A stretch of DNA of 33,979 nt, taken from positions 1 through 33,979 of IMG/VR virus record IMGVR_UViG_3300032292_000307; one strand, given 5' to 3'. The notes beneath the pieces were generated by a model. It was not told where the DNA came from and ran no database searches. It worked only from the letters and a program-made list of their open reading frames with translations. A program made the position numbers and the translations under genes. This document shows positions 14,839 to 23,789 of the stretch, one piece after another. Position 1 is the first letter of the stretch. Every line of letters starts with the position of its first letter. This DNA comes from a virus. Lineage: Duplodnaviria; Caudoviricetes.

Positions 14839-16316
14839 AGATTGACGACCTCGACCTCTCTCGACTTGATCTGTCATTGCTCAATCACGAAGAGAAGCTC
14901 GAAGTCTATGAGCTGCTGAGAATCAAAGACATTCGCGCCAAGCGCAACCGCTTGGCCACCTACAAGCCATACGCCAAGCAGGTGGATTTCCATCAGGCTG
15001 GCGCATCATTCCGTGAGCGTTTGTTCATGGCCGGTAACCAGCTTGGCAAGACATGGGCTGGCGCATTCGAGACCGCGATGCACCTGACTGGCCGCTACCC
15101 TGCCTGGTGGAAGGGCACGCGGTACCCTTACGCAATCCGCGCAATGGTCGGTTCCGAATCAGCTGAACTGACACGCAAAGGCGTGCAGCGTTTGCTGCTT
15201 GGTCCGCCTGAAGTGCGCGACGAATGGGGCACTGGCTCCATTCCTCATGAGTGCATCCGCGACACCAGCATGAAGCAGGGCGTGCCGGACGCAGTGTCCA
15301 GCATCGTCGTGCGTCACGACTGTGGCGAGGATTCGGTCATTCAGTTCAACTCATACGACCAGGGCCGCACCAAGTGGCAGGCCGACACGGTCAATTGGGT
15401 ATGGTTCGATGAGGAGCCACCACTAGGGGTTTACTCTGAGGGCCTGACCCGCACGCAGGCTGTCGGTGGCCAGGTGTGCGTGACCTTCACGCCTTTGCTG
15501 GGTATGTCCGATGTGGTCAAGCGTTACCTAATCGACAAGCCCACAGGCACCAACGTCACCAACATGACGATCCATGACGCCGAGCACTACACGGATGAGC
15601 AGCGCGAAGCCATCATCAACGCATACCCTGAGCACGAACGCGAAGCACGGGCAAAGGGCATTCCTATTCTGGGCAGCGGGCGCATCTTCCCGGTTGCCGA
15701 AGAGGCAATCAAGGTAAAACCTTTCCCGGTTCCGGCGCACTGGCCGCGCATCATGGGCATCGACTTCGGTGTTGACCACCCAACCGCAGCCGCCTGGATG
15801 GCGTGGGACCGAGACAGCGACACGATCTATGTCACGGACTGCTACCGCAAGAGCGAGCCTGGCATTGCCGGGCATGCCATGGCCGTTCGGGCCAGGGGCG
15901 AATGGGTGCCAGTTGCCTGGCCGCATGACGGCTTGCAGCGTGACAAGGGCGGGTCCGGCGAACAGCTGGCCAAGCAGTACCGCGATCAGGGATTGAACCT
16001 GTTGAAGGACCGAGCTACATTTGAGGATGGCAGCAACGGCGTAGAGGCCGGACTGTCTGAGATGCTGACACGCATGCAGACCATGCGCTTTCGGGTGTTT
16101 GCTCACCTGGAAGATTGGTTCGAGGAGTTCCGCCTGTACCACCGCAAAGACGGCCTGGTCGTCAAGCAGGCTGATGACTTGATGTCAGCCACGCGATACG
16201 GCATGATGATGCGCCGGTTTGCCAAGACGCAAGAAGAAGCCGAAGTCCGCATACGCGGCAACAAGATTCCCAACATCACGCCGTTTGGCGTATTCGACCC
16301 TGTGACTGGATACTGA
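14835..16316 (+). CDS. terL: Terminase large subunit (P22 gp2-like)
   Basis: Walker A MAGNQLGKT, Walker B WFDEEP, TFTPLLG, nuclease GIDFG..HP and DDLMSATRY. Confidence 0.92.
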   Translation: MKIDDLDLSRLDLSLLNHEEKLEVYELLRIKDIRAKRNRLATYKPYAKQVDFHQAGASFRERLFMAGNQLGKTWAGAFETAMHLTGRYPAWWKGTRYPYAIRAMVGSESAELTRKGVQRLLLGPPEVRDEWGTGSIPHECIRDTSMKQGVPDAVSSIVVRHDCGEDSVIQFNSYDQGRTKWQADTVNWVWFDEEPPLGVYSEGLTRTQAVGGQVCVTFTPLLGMSDVVKRYLIDKPTGTNVTNMTIHDAEHYTDEQREAIINAYPEHEREARAKGIPILGSGRIFPVAEEAIKVKPFPVPAHWPRIMGIDFGVDHPTAAAWMAWDRDSDTIYVTDCYRKSEPGIAGHAMAVRARGEWVPVAWPHDGLQRDKGGSGEQLAKQYRDQGLNLLKDRATFEDGSNGVEAGLSEMLTRMQTMRFRVFAHLEDWFEEFRLYHRKDGLVVKQADDLMSATRYGMMMRRFAKTQEEAEVRIRGNKIPNITPFGVFDPVTGY

Positions 16317-16317
16317 C

Positions 16318-16620
16318 ATGCAACAACCCTACAACATGATGCAGCCGCCGCAAAAAGACATACCACCGGCTCAGGCTAACGTAACCGCCATGAACCAGGC
16401 CGCTGCACGCAATGCAGCCATGCAAGGCAACAGATCACAGAATGCGCCAGCCATGCGCGGTGGGCGAGAAGTCATGCGGCGACCACCCACATTGCAGCCG
16501 GTCCAAGGTGGCCTGGTCGACGGTCAAGCAACCAAGACCGGCATCAACCCCGAGAATCGAAACATCAAACAAACCATGGGCACGGGCATCATCGCTGCCC
16601 AGATGAACCGCCCAGCCTGA
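16318..16620 (+). CDS. Gln/Met-rich hypothetical protein
   Basis: 100 aa filling the TerL-portal gap. Confidence 0.65.
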   Translation: MQQPYNMMQPPQKDIPPAQANVTAMNQAAARNAAMQGNRSQNAPAMRGGREVMRRPPTLQPVQGGLVDGQATKTGINPENRNIKQTMGTGIIAAQMNRPA

Positions 16621-16632
16621 TAGGACCAACAC

Positions 16633-18849
16633 ATGCAACCCCAACAAATTGATGTAGAAGTTGTTGATCCAGAGATGGAGAGGGAACGCACGCAAGAGCG
16701 TTTGCAAGCGTTTGGCCAATCCATGTCTCACCAACGCGACGACTGGATTCGGGCCCGCTACAGCTACGGGGTGGACAAGCGTTGGCTCGAAGACGAAGAC
16801 CAGTACAACGCCAAGGACAACGTCAACAAGGCAGCCAGCCAGATGATGACCAGCGTTGAGCAGGGCTACCCGGTCACCACACAGAACGCCAAGCCTCATC
16901 GCTCGACTGTCTACATCGGCTTGACCAGACAGAAAACCAATGCAGCCGAGGCACGCATATCCGATATTCTGTTGCCCACCGACGACCGCAACTGGGGCAT
17001 CAAGCCCACACCAAAACCCAAGATCATGGCCATGAGTCGTGACACTCAGATGGCCGGTGACAAAGAGACTGGCCAACCACTGCTGGACCCCGATACCGGC
17101 GAGCCCTTGGCCATGCGCGACATTGCCCGTGCGGCCATGAAAATGGCACGCGAGAAGTCGGACGCCATGCAGCTGGAGATTGAAGACCAGCTGGTCGAGT
17201 GCGACTACAACGGCGAGCTGCGCAAGGTGATTCACAACTCGGCACGCCTGGGCACCGGTGTGATCAAGGGGCCGATCGTCACCAACCGCACACGCAAAGC
17301 CTGGCAGCCATACAAGGACATGGAAGGCAACACGATTCACCAGCTGGACATCGTGAACGAAGTGACGCCCGCGTCATTCAGCGTTGATCCGCGCAACATC
17401 TGGCCAGACCCAGGCTGTGGTGATTCGATCCACAACGGCAAAGGCATTTACGAGCGCGAGCAGCTGACCAGCCGCCAAGTTCGTGACCTGGCCAAGCAGC
17501 CAGGGTTTATGAAGGACCAGCTTCGCAAGGTGCTGGAAGAGGGCCCAAAGAAGTCGGCCACCTTCCAGGAACTGAAAGACGACGACCAGCGCGACATCGC
17601 ACGCGACGTGTACGAGATGTGGAGCTATTGGGGCGAAGTTGACCACGACGACCTGGAAGCCGCAGGCATCAAGGTAGGTGAGAAGGACGAGCTCCGCGCA
17701 GTCAGCGCATGCGTCGTGATGATCAACAGCACAATCGTTAAAGCGTTTCTCAACCCGTTGGAAGGCGGCGATCTGCCGTATGACTTCTACGTCTGGGAGC
17801 GCGTGTCTGACAGCGTGTGGGGTTATGGTATTCCCTACCTCATGCGCGCGCAGCAGAAGGTCCTTAACGCAGCATGGCGTCAGATGATGGACAACGCCGG
17901 TGTATCCAGCGGGCCACAGATCATCGTCAAGGCCGGAGCCATTCAGCCAGCAGACAAGCAGTGGCAGATCAGCGCACGCAAGATATGGTTTGCCACCGAC
18001 GAGGTGGACGACGTGCGCAAGGCATTCACCGCAGTGGAATTCAACAGCCACCAGGTCGAGCTGTCAGGCATCATCAAGATGGCCATGGAGCTGGCCGACA
18101 TGGAGACCGGCGTGCCGGTCATCATGCAAGGCGAGAAGGGTGCAGCACCTGACACTGTTGGCGGCATGCAGATGCTGATGAACAGCGCCAACGTGGTGTT
18201 GCGCCGTTTGGTCAAACAGTTTGATGACATGGTCACACGCCCGCACATCCGCCGGTACTACGACTACAACATGATGTACAACGAGGACGAAGAGATCAAG
18301 GGCGATTTCAGCATCGACGCCCGAGGCTCGTCGGCTTTGCTGATCCGCGACATCCAGAACCAGGCATTCCTGAACCTGTTGGCCGCTGGAGCGAACCCGG
18401 TGTACGGCGTGTACCTGGATACCCAGAAGCTATTCGAGAAGGCCCTACAGGCCCAGCACATCGATCCCAAGGACGTGTTTAAGTCCGAGGACGAGCTGGA
18501 AAAAATCAAAGAGCAGCAGAAGAATCCACAGGAAGCCCCGCCCGATCCAGCCATGGCCGTGGCCCAGCTGCGTGGCCAGATCGAGATGGAGAAGGCCAAG
18601 GCCCAGAACGCGGGCGACATGGCCGAGTTGCAGGTACGCCAAGGCATCGCCCAGCAAGAGGGTCAATTGCGCATGGCCGAGATGCAGCTCACGCGCGAGA
18701 TCGAGATGCTGAAGATGGCCAACACCCAGAACCTCACACTCGAACAGATCAAGGCCAAGCTGGCCGACACGGCAATGCGCGAGCGCGGCAAGAAAGAGCT
18801 GTACGCGGCAGAAGCAAATTTAAAAATGACCACTGGTCAAGGCATCTAA
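16633..18849 (+). CDS. Portal protein with long C-terminal helical barrel
   Basis: 738 aa after TerL; LGTGVIKGP, WGYGIP and TVGGMQMLM motifs; coiled-coil C-terminus as in podoviral portals. Confidence 0.85.
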   Translation: MQPQQIDVEVVDPEMERERTQERLQAFGQSMSHQRDDWIRARYSYGVDKRWLEDEDQYNAKDNVNKAASQMMTSVEQGYPVTTQNAKPHRSTVYIGLTRQKTNAAEARISDILLPTDDRNWGIKPTPKPKIMAMSRDTQMAGDKETGQPLLDPDTGEPLAMRDIARAAMKMAREKSDAMQLEIEDQLVECDYNGELRKVIHNSARLGTGVIKGPIVTNRTRKAWQPYKDMEGNTIHQLDIVNEVTPASFSVDPRNIWPDPGCGDSIHNGKGIYEREQLTSRQVRDLAKQPGFMKDQLRKVLEEGPKKSATFQELKDDDQRDIARDVYEMWSYWGEVDHDDLEAAGIKVGEKDELRAVSACVVMINSTIVKAFLNPLEGGDLPYDFYVWERVSDSVWGYGIPYLMRAQQKVLNAAWRQMMDNAGVSSGPQIIVKAGAIQPADKQWQISARKIWFATDEVDDVRKAFTAVEFNSHQVELSGIIKMAMELADMETGVPVIMQGEKGAAPDTVGGMQMLMNSANVVLRRLVKQFDDMVTRPHIRRYYDYNMMYNEDEEIKGDFSIDARGSSALLIRDIQNQAFLNLLAAGANPVYGVYLDTQKLFEKALQAQHIDPKDVFKSEDELEKIKEQQKNPQEAPPDPAMAVAQLRGQIEMEKAKAQNAGDMAELQVRQGIAQQEGQLRMAEMQLTREIEMLKMANTQNLTLEQIKAKLADTAMRERGKKELYAAEANLKMTTGQGI

Positions 18850-18867
18850 ACCCGAAAGGAAATTATC

Positions 18868-19230
18868 ATGGCATCAATCAGCGCAACCGTCAGCCGCGAC
18901 AAGGCTCCCGGCGCAATCATCGTTACCTGGGCATTAGGCGACGCCGATACCGGCTTACCGTACCAGCTCAGCTCAGCATCAGACTTAACGTGCCACACCT
19001 TTGGCACGTTTGGTTCAGCCACCATCACTTGGCAGGGATCGAGCGACGGCACAAATTGGCACGCAATGACCCAGAAGGGCGGCACGGCCAACATGGCCTA
19101 CACCACTGCTGCCAACCACTCGCCCAACGAAATGCCCCCGTTCATCCGCCCGATCTCCGCAGGCGGTACGGCCACTGTAATTACGGCATCCTTGTGCATC
19201 TACCCGCGCTGGTCCAAGAACCAATTTTGA
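18868..19230 (+). CDS. Putative small virion beta-sandwich protein
   Basis: GTFGSATITWQGSSDGTNW motif; AAGGA RBS. Confidence 0.6.
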   Translation: MASISATVSRDKAPGAIIVTWALGDADTGLPYQLSSASDLTCHTFGTFGSATITWQGSSDGTNWHAMTQKGGTANMAYTTAANHSPNEMPPFIRPISAGGTATVITASLCIYPRWSKNQF

Positions 19231-19234
19231 TGAC

Positions 19235-19321
19235 TTGCGCACCACCCCCTGCCTGGCATAGAATCCGGGCAGGGACCTTGCGTCCAAAAATTACATAGCC
19301 AGGCAATGACCTGGCTTTTTT
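19235..19321 (+). promoter_or_regulatory. Late promoter-attenuator unit 2
   Basis: TTGCGC-18-TAGAAT, GGGACCttgCGTCC at 19272, terminator agccagg-caatga-cctggctttttt at 19297-19321. Confidence 0.75.
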
Positions 19322-19327
19322 GATGGC

Positions 19328-19528
19328 ATGAACGAATACACCTCTGATACCTGGCACAAACTGCGTAAGTGGGCTGAAGCAGAGCTCGAACGCGCACGCG
19401 TGCGAAACGACGCCGTGGGTCTCTCCGAACACGACACGGCTGCGCTCAGGGGTGAGATCAGGATGCTCAAACGATTTCTCGACTTGCCGCAAGCGGCAAC
19501 TCGGGGTGTAGTGGTTGAGCCGGACTAA
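19328..19528 (+). CDS. Small conserved head-module protein
   Basis: TWHKLRKWAE...TAALRGEIRMLKRFLDLP, typical of the small gene between portal and scaffold. Confidence 0.75.
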   Translation: MNEYTSDTWHKLRKWAEAELERARVRNDAVGLSEHDTAALRGEIRMLKRFLDLPQAATRGVVVEPD

Positions 19529-19552
19529 CAGTCCCGCACAACCTGTCTGAGT

Positions 19553-19575
19553 GACCGCCTTCGGGCGGTCTTTTT
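19553..19575 (+). terminator. Intrinsic terminator
   Basis: gaccgcc-ttcg-ggcggtc followed by ttttt. Confidence 0.75.
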
Positions 19576-19590
19576 ATTGGAGAGCGAAAA

Positions 19591-20487
19591 GTGGAACAAC
19601 AACTATCCGAAGAGGAAACGCAAAAACTCTGGAACGAAGAAGCCGCAAAACTTGAAGCCAGTGAGCCATCACCCGCATTCGAGACCCAAGGCGTTGCGCC
19701 GGTAGACCCGCCGCAAGACCCTCAACCCCAGGACCCTGCGCCAGTTCAAGGACAAGACGTTGATCCGCTGGCAGGACTACCAGAACCAGTGAGGCAGGCC
19801 CTAACCCGCATCACAGAACTGGAGACCGCTAACTCTCAACTGCTGCACCACGTAAAGACTGCCGAGGGTCGCGTGGCCGCGATGCAGCGTGAATTCCAGC
19901 AGGCACGCCAGGCCCAACAATCCGTTGGGTCACAGGACGCGCCTTCGCAGGGAGCCATAGCTGCCGCTGCCAAGAACCCCGAGAAGTGGGAGCAGCTCAA
20001 GCAAGATTTCCCGGAATGGGCCGGGGCGATGGAAGAGTACGTTGGAGCCAAGCTCAGCGGTATGCAAAGCGGTGTTCAGGCCACCCAGGTCGTTGAATAC
20101 GTGCAAGCACAACAGGCTGCGCTTAGAAACCAAATGCAAGCTGCCATTGAAGAGGCCCGTGTCGAAGGCAAATACGAAGACTGGAAACAGACGATTAACA
20201 CATCGGACTTTGCCCAGTGGTTCGCTATTCAGCCAACCGAGGTGAGAGCCTTGGCCGACAGTCCACACGGCAGAGACGCAATCAAGATGTTGGACATGTT
20301 CAACAACGTGAGAGCACGACCTGCTTCGGAGATTAGGCAAGAGCGCGGAGCACGACTCGCCGCAGCCGCGACGACCCGACCTGGTCAGACACCGCCGCCC
20401 AAGACATTGGACGACTTGTCGCCAGAAGAACTCTGGAACTACGAGGCCAAGAAGCGCGAAGAGAAAAAAGCGCAACAAGGCTACTGA
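19591..20487 (+). CDS. Probable capsid scaffolding protein
   Basis: Acidic Pro-rich N-terminus, coiled coils, immediately upstream of the capsid gene; GTG start with GGAG RBS. Confidence 0.7.
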   Translation: MEQQLSEEETQKLWNEEAAKLEASEPSPAFETQGVAPVDPPQDPQPQDPAPVQGQDVDPLAGLPEPVRQALTRITELETANSQLLHHVKTAEGRVAAMQREFQQARQAQQSVGSQDAPSQGAIAAAAKNPEKWEQLKQDFPEWAGAMEEYVGAKLSGMQSGVQATQVVEYVQAQQAALRNQMQAAIEEARVEGKYEDWKQTINTSDFAQWFAIQPTEVRALADSPHGRDAIKMLDMFNNVRARPASEIRQERGARLAAAATTRPGQTPPPKTLDDLSPEELWNYEAKKREEKKAQQGY

Positions 20488-20510
20488 AAACTTTTTAAAG
20501 GAACCAAACC

Positions 20511-21572
20511 ATGGCTATTCAAAATTACGGCACAGTTGCATCACGGAACTTGATCCGTGCCGCACAAGGCATGCTGGAACACGCCCAACCCATCACCGTC
20601 TTGGGCGACTTCGGTACTCAGCGCGAAATGCCGCAGAACTCGACAGACACTTTGGTGTTCCGTCGTACTCTGCCTTTCGGCGCATCTACAGCAGGCACCA
20701 CAATCGAGAACTCCACTCGTTATGTTGGTACTCCTGACATCACCGCATCCAACTTCGTGTTGGCTGAAGGCGTGACCCCTAACTCCAACACCATCACGTT
20801 CCAGGACGTGTCCGTTCAGCTCCAGCAGTACGGTGTGTTGTTCAAGTACAGCTCTAAGACTGAGCAGTTGTACGAAGACGACATCCCCGGCGAGATGGTC
20901 AAGCTGACTGGCGAGACCCTGGCCGAGGTGATGGAGTTGGTTCGCTACGGCGTGTTGAAGGCTGGCTCTACTGTGATTTACACAAATGGCTCTAGCCGTG
21001 CCTCGATCAACACAGCGATCAGCTTGAACTCAATCCGTAAAGCTGCCCGTACCCTGGAATCAAACCGTTGCCGCCGCGTCACCAGCCGCTTGGCTCCTGG
21101 CGTGAACTTCGGTACACGCGCCGTTCAACCCGCCTATGTGGTGTTCTGCCACACAGACGCAGTGAGCGACATTCGTAACCTTCCAGGCTTTACCCGCGTG
21201 GAAGACTACGGTTCATTCAAGCCCATCCACGATCGCGAGATCGGTGCCTGTGAAGACTTCCGCTTCATCAGCTCTCCGCTGTTGAAGTCCTTCTTGGCTG
21301 CCGGTGCTTCCATTGGTTCAAGCGGCATGTTGTCTGTTGGCGCTGCCAACGTCGACGTGTATCCCTTCATCGTTATCGGTGAAGACGCATGGGGCCAAGT
21401 TGCATTGAAGGGCATGTCTGCCATCAAGCCTGTGGTGTTGAAAGCATCTCAGACCAACCACGCTAACCCATTGGGCCAATTTGGCTACGTGGGCGCTTCG
21501 ACCTGGTTTGCTACCGTGCGTTTGAACGACGCCTGGATGGCCCGTATCGAAGCCGGTGTGACCGCTCTGTAA
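20511..21572 (+). CDS. Major capsid protein, N4-gp56 family
   Basis: MPQNSTDTLVFRR, LAEGVTP, LQQYG, EIGACEDFRF, DVYPFIVIGEDAW and NPLGQFGYVG; strong codon bias. Confidence 0.9.
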   Translation: MAIQNYGTVASRNLIRAAQGMLEHAQPITVLGDFGTQREMPQNSTDTLVFRRTLPFGASTAGTTIENSTRYVGTPDITASNFVLAEGVTPNSNTITFQDVSVQLQQYGVLFKYSSKTEQLYEDDIPGEMVKLTGETLAEVMELVRYGVLKAGSTVIYTNGSSRASINTAISLNSIRKAARTLESNRCRRVTSRLAPGVNFGTRAVQPAYVVFCHTDAVSDIRNLPGFTRVEDYGSFKPIHDREIGACEDFRFISSPLLKSFLAAGASIGSSGMLSVGAANVDVYPFIVIGEDAWGQVALKGMSAIKPVVLKASQTNHANPLGQFGYVGASTWFATVRLNDAWMARIEAGVTAL

Positions 21573-21578
21573 TGATCA

Positions 21579-21603
21579 GGGGTGTGAGCCTGGCTCACGC
21601 CCC
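21579..21603 (+). other. Stable hairpin after the capsid gene with no U-tract (mRNA stabiliser or pause site)
   Basis: ggggtgtgagcc-t-ggctcacgcccc. Confidence 0.5.
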
Positions 21604-21624
21604 GTCTAACCAAAGGAACACACC

Positions 21625-22122
21625 ATGAGCAATCCAGCTTTCTATAGCCTTATTAACAGCGGGCGATTAACCGGTAACGTGATTGGCGCGGTGCTTGCCA
21701 CCGATCCCCTTGCAGTTACAGGCGCAACCCTGACCTGCACCCGTGATGTCCACGGCGGTCGTATGAACGTAATCAATGCAGCCGCAGGTTGTGCAGTCAC
21801 ACTGCCAAACGCGACTGGCACTGGTTCGGTCTATCGATTCATGATCGGCACAACCATTACATCAAACAGTACCACCATCAAGGTGAACAATACTACTGAT
21901 GTCATGTCTGGCCGCGCATACGTGATCAGCGATAACTCGGCTGCGGTACTTGGCTACGCCACTGGTTCTACTGATGACACCATCACCCTCAACGGAACTA
22001 CGTTGGGTGGATTTGCTGGCGACGTCATTGAAATCACTGATGCAATTGCCGGTACTTTTTTGGTCGAAGTACACACCAAAGCCACCGGCACGGAAGCAAC
22101 TCCGTTCTCGGCAACTGTCTAA
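21625..22122 (+). CDS. Putative head decoration/structural protein
   Basis: VTLPNATGTG...DTITLNGTTLGG; Thr/Gly-rich; follows the capsid gene. Confidence 0.65.
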   Translation: MSNPAFYSLINSGRLTGNVIGAVLATDPLAVTGATLTCTRDVHGGRMNVINAAAGCAVTLPNATGTGSVYRFMIGTTITSNSTTIKVNNTTDVMSGRAYVISDNSAAVLGYATGSTDDTITLNGTTLGGFAGDVIEITDAIAGTFLVEVHTKATGTEATPFSATV

Positions 22123-22148
22123 TCCCCTTTTTTTTAAGGAATCTCACC

Positions 22149-22586
22149 ATGTCATATAACATCGCAGAAATTAACAGCGGCTTTGTGTCGCTGACCGCCG
22201 CCGGTTTGGCTGAGGGCACTAACAGCGCCACTTTCAAAACCACCAACACTTTGACTTTCACCAACAACGGTGTGTTCAAGTCTAAAGCTGCAACCGACAA
22301 CTTGGCATTCAGCACAGGCACTGCCCTGGCTAACAGCCAGGCTTGTTTGTTCGGCGTTTGGATCAATACCTCTGGCACCGTGACGACCACACAAGGTCCT
22401 ATCGTTGCCGCTGGCGATCCTTGCCCTGTGCCTGCACAAGCTACTGCCAACACCACTTTGGTTGGCTTGATCAAGGTGACTACCAGCTCGTCTGCTACGT
22501 TCACCCCAGCCACTACCGACCTCAGCGCAACAGGCATCACTGATGACTTTTACGACTGTATGGTCATGCCTGGCTCGGCCCTGTAA
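22149..22586 (+). CDS. Putative structural protein
   Basis: 145 aa, Thr/Ala-rich, AAGGA RBS. Confidence 0.65.
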   Translation: MSYNIAEINSGFVSLTAAGLAEGTNSATFKTTNTLTFTNNGVFKSKAATDNLAFSTGTALANSQACLFGVWINTSGTVTTTQGPIVAAGDPCPVPAQATANTTLVGLIKVTTSSSATFTPATTDLSATGITDDFYDCMVMPGSAL

Positions 22587-22615
22587 GTTGTCATCCTCTT
22601 CCTAGAAGAGTTTAT

Positions 22616-22644
22616 GCAGACCGCCTTCGGGTGGTCTGCTTTTT
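22616..22644 (+). terminator. Intrinsic terminator
   Basis: gcagaccgcc-ttcg-ggtggtctgc followed by ttttt; near-identical to 19553-19575. Confidence 0.75.
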
Positions 22645-22671
22645 GGATTTTTAACCCCCTGGAGAATAAAG

Positions 22672-23097
22672 ATGGCAAGTAAGAAAAACACCGTCCAAGG
22701 AATGGAAATCATCGACGACGAACCGGTCATTGAGACCGTGGCCGAGTCGCGTGATTTCAGCAAGCTCGCAGCCGATGAGGCTTTTATGAACGAGCTGGTA
22801 ACCGTCATGGTTCATTCGACCACTGATGAGAATCAACCCAACCATGTCGTTGTCAATTGCAACGGCATGAACCAACCCTTGATCAGGGGTGTGCCCACAA
22901 CCGTGAAGCGCAAGTATGTCGAAATCTTGGCCCGCATGAAGGAAACCAAGTACACCCAGGTCACGCGCAATGCTTCTGCGCCTGACCAGATCGACATGGT
23001 TGCACGCCACGGTTTGAGCTTCCCCTTTGACTTGGTTGAAGACAAAAACCCTCGTGGCCGTGCATGGCTGCAAAACGTCTTGACTGAAGCAGCCTAA
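22672..23097 (+). CDS. Conserved phage morphogenesis-region protein
   Basis: FMNELVTV...VNCNG...IRGVPTTVKRKYVEILAR...DKNPRGRAWL. Confidence 0.75.
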   Translation: MASKKNTVQGMEIIDDEPVIETVAESRDFSKLAADEAFMNELVTVMVHSTTDENQPNHVVVNCNGMNQPLIRGVPTTVKRKYVEILARMKETKYTQVTRNASAPDQIDMVARHGLSFPFDLVEDKNPRGRAWLQNVLTEAA

Positions 23098-23109
23098 TAG
23101 GGTCTTTGC

Positions 23110-23787
23110 ATGAACCTCCTTCAACTTGTCAACCAAGCCCGTGTAGAGTGCGGCGTCTCTGGCCCGGCGCTGACCACAGCGGTAAGCCAGACCGGCGAAT
23201 CAGGTCGCATGGTGTCTTGGGTGCAGCAGGCATGGATTGACATCCAGACCAGCAAAGAAGATTGGCTGTTCTTGCGAAGCCCTTTTACATTTAACACGGT
23301 TGCGTCTCAATTTCAATACACCGCCGCTAACGCGGGCCTGACTGATTTTGGAAACTGGAAGCGTGACAGCTTCCGGTGTTCCAGTGTTGGTCAGTCCTAC
23401 CGAGACGAGCAGTTGATGAACTACATGGACTGGACCACGTTCAGAAACCTGTACCGTTATGCCAACATGCGCAACACAACCGCGCGTCCGGTCGTTGTAG
23501 CAATCACACCTGAAAAGGACCTGGCCTTTGGCTCGACTCCTGACATAGCCTACGTGATCGATGGCGAATACTACACACAACCTGTCAGTCTCACGGCTGA
23601 CGCTGACACTCCCGGTATACCGGATCGATTTCAAATGGCCATCGTCTACCGGGCCATGATGTACTACGCTGGGTATGAGGCAGCCCCTGAAGTCCTGTCG
23701 CGAGGTGACTTCGAGTACCGACGTTTGTACTCGCGAATGGAGATCGACCAGCTGCCGACTATTGTCAGCGGACCACCTTTGGCGTAA
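23110..23787 (+). CDS. Head-tail adaptor protein
   Basis: MNLLQLVNQAR...WLFL...DADTPGIPDRFQMAIVYRA, an adaptor-type pattern in the expected position. Confidence 0.7.
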   Translation: MNLLQLVNQARVECGVSGPALTTAVSQTGESGRMVSWVQQAWIDIQTSKEDWLFLRSPFTFNTVASQFQYTAANAGLTDFGNWKRDSFRCSSVGQSYRDEQLMNYMDWTTFRNLYRYANMRNTTARPVVVAITPEKDLAFGSTPDIAYVIDGEYYTQPVSLTADADTPGIPDRFQMAIVYRAMMYYAGYEAAPEVLSRGDFEYRRLYSRMEIDQLPTIVSGPPLA

Positions 23788-23789
23788 TC

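Noticed and set aside
20511-21572. Assignment to N4-like phages (Schitoviridae) from the capsid family
   Set aside because: No phage RNA polymerase genes in the window. The replication module and host-type promoters differ from N4, and this capsid family is more widespread.
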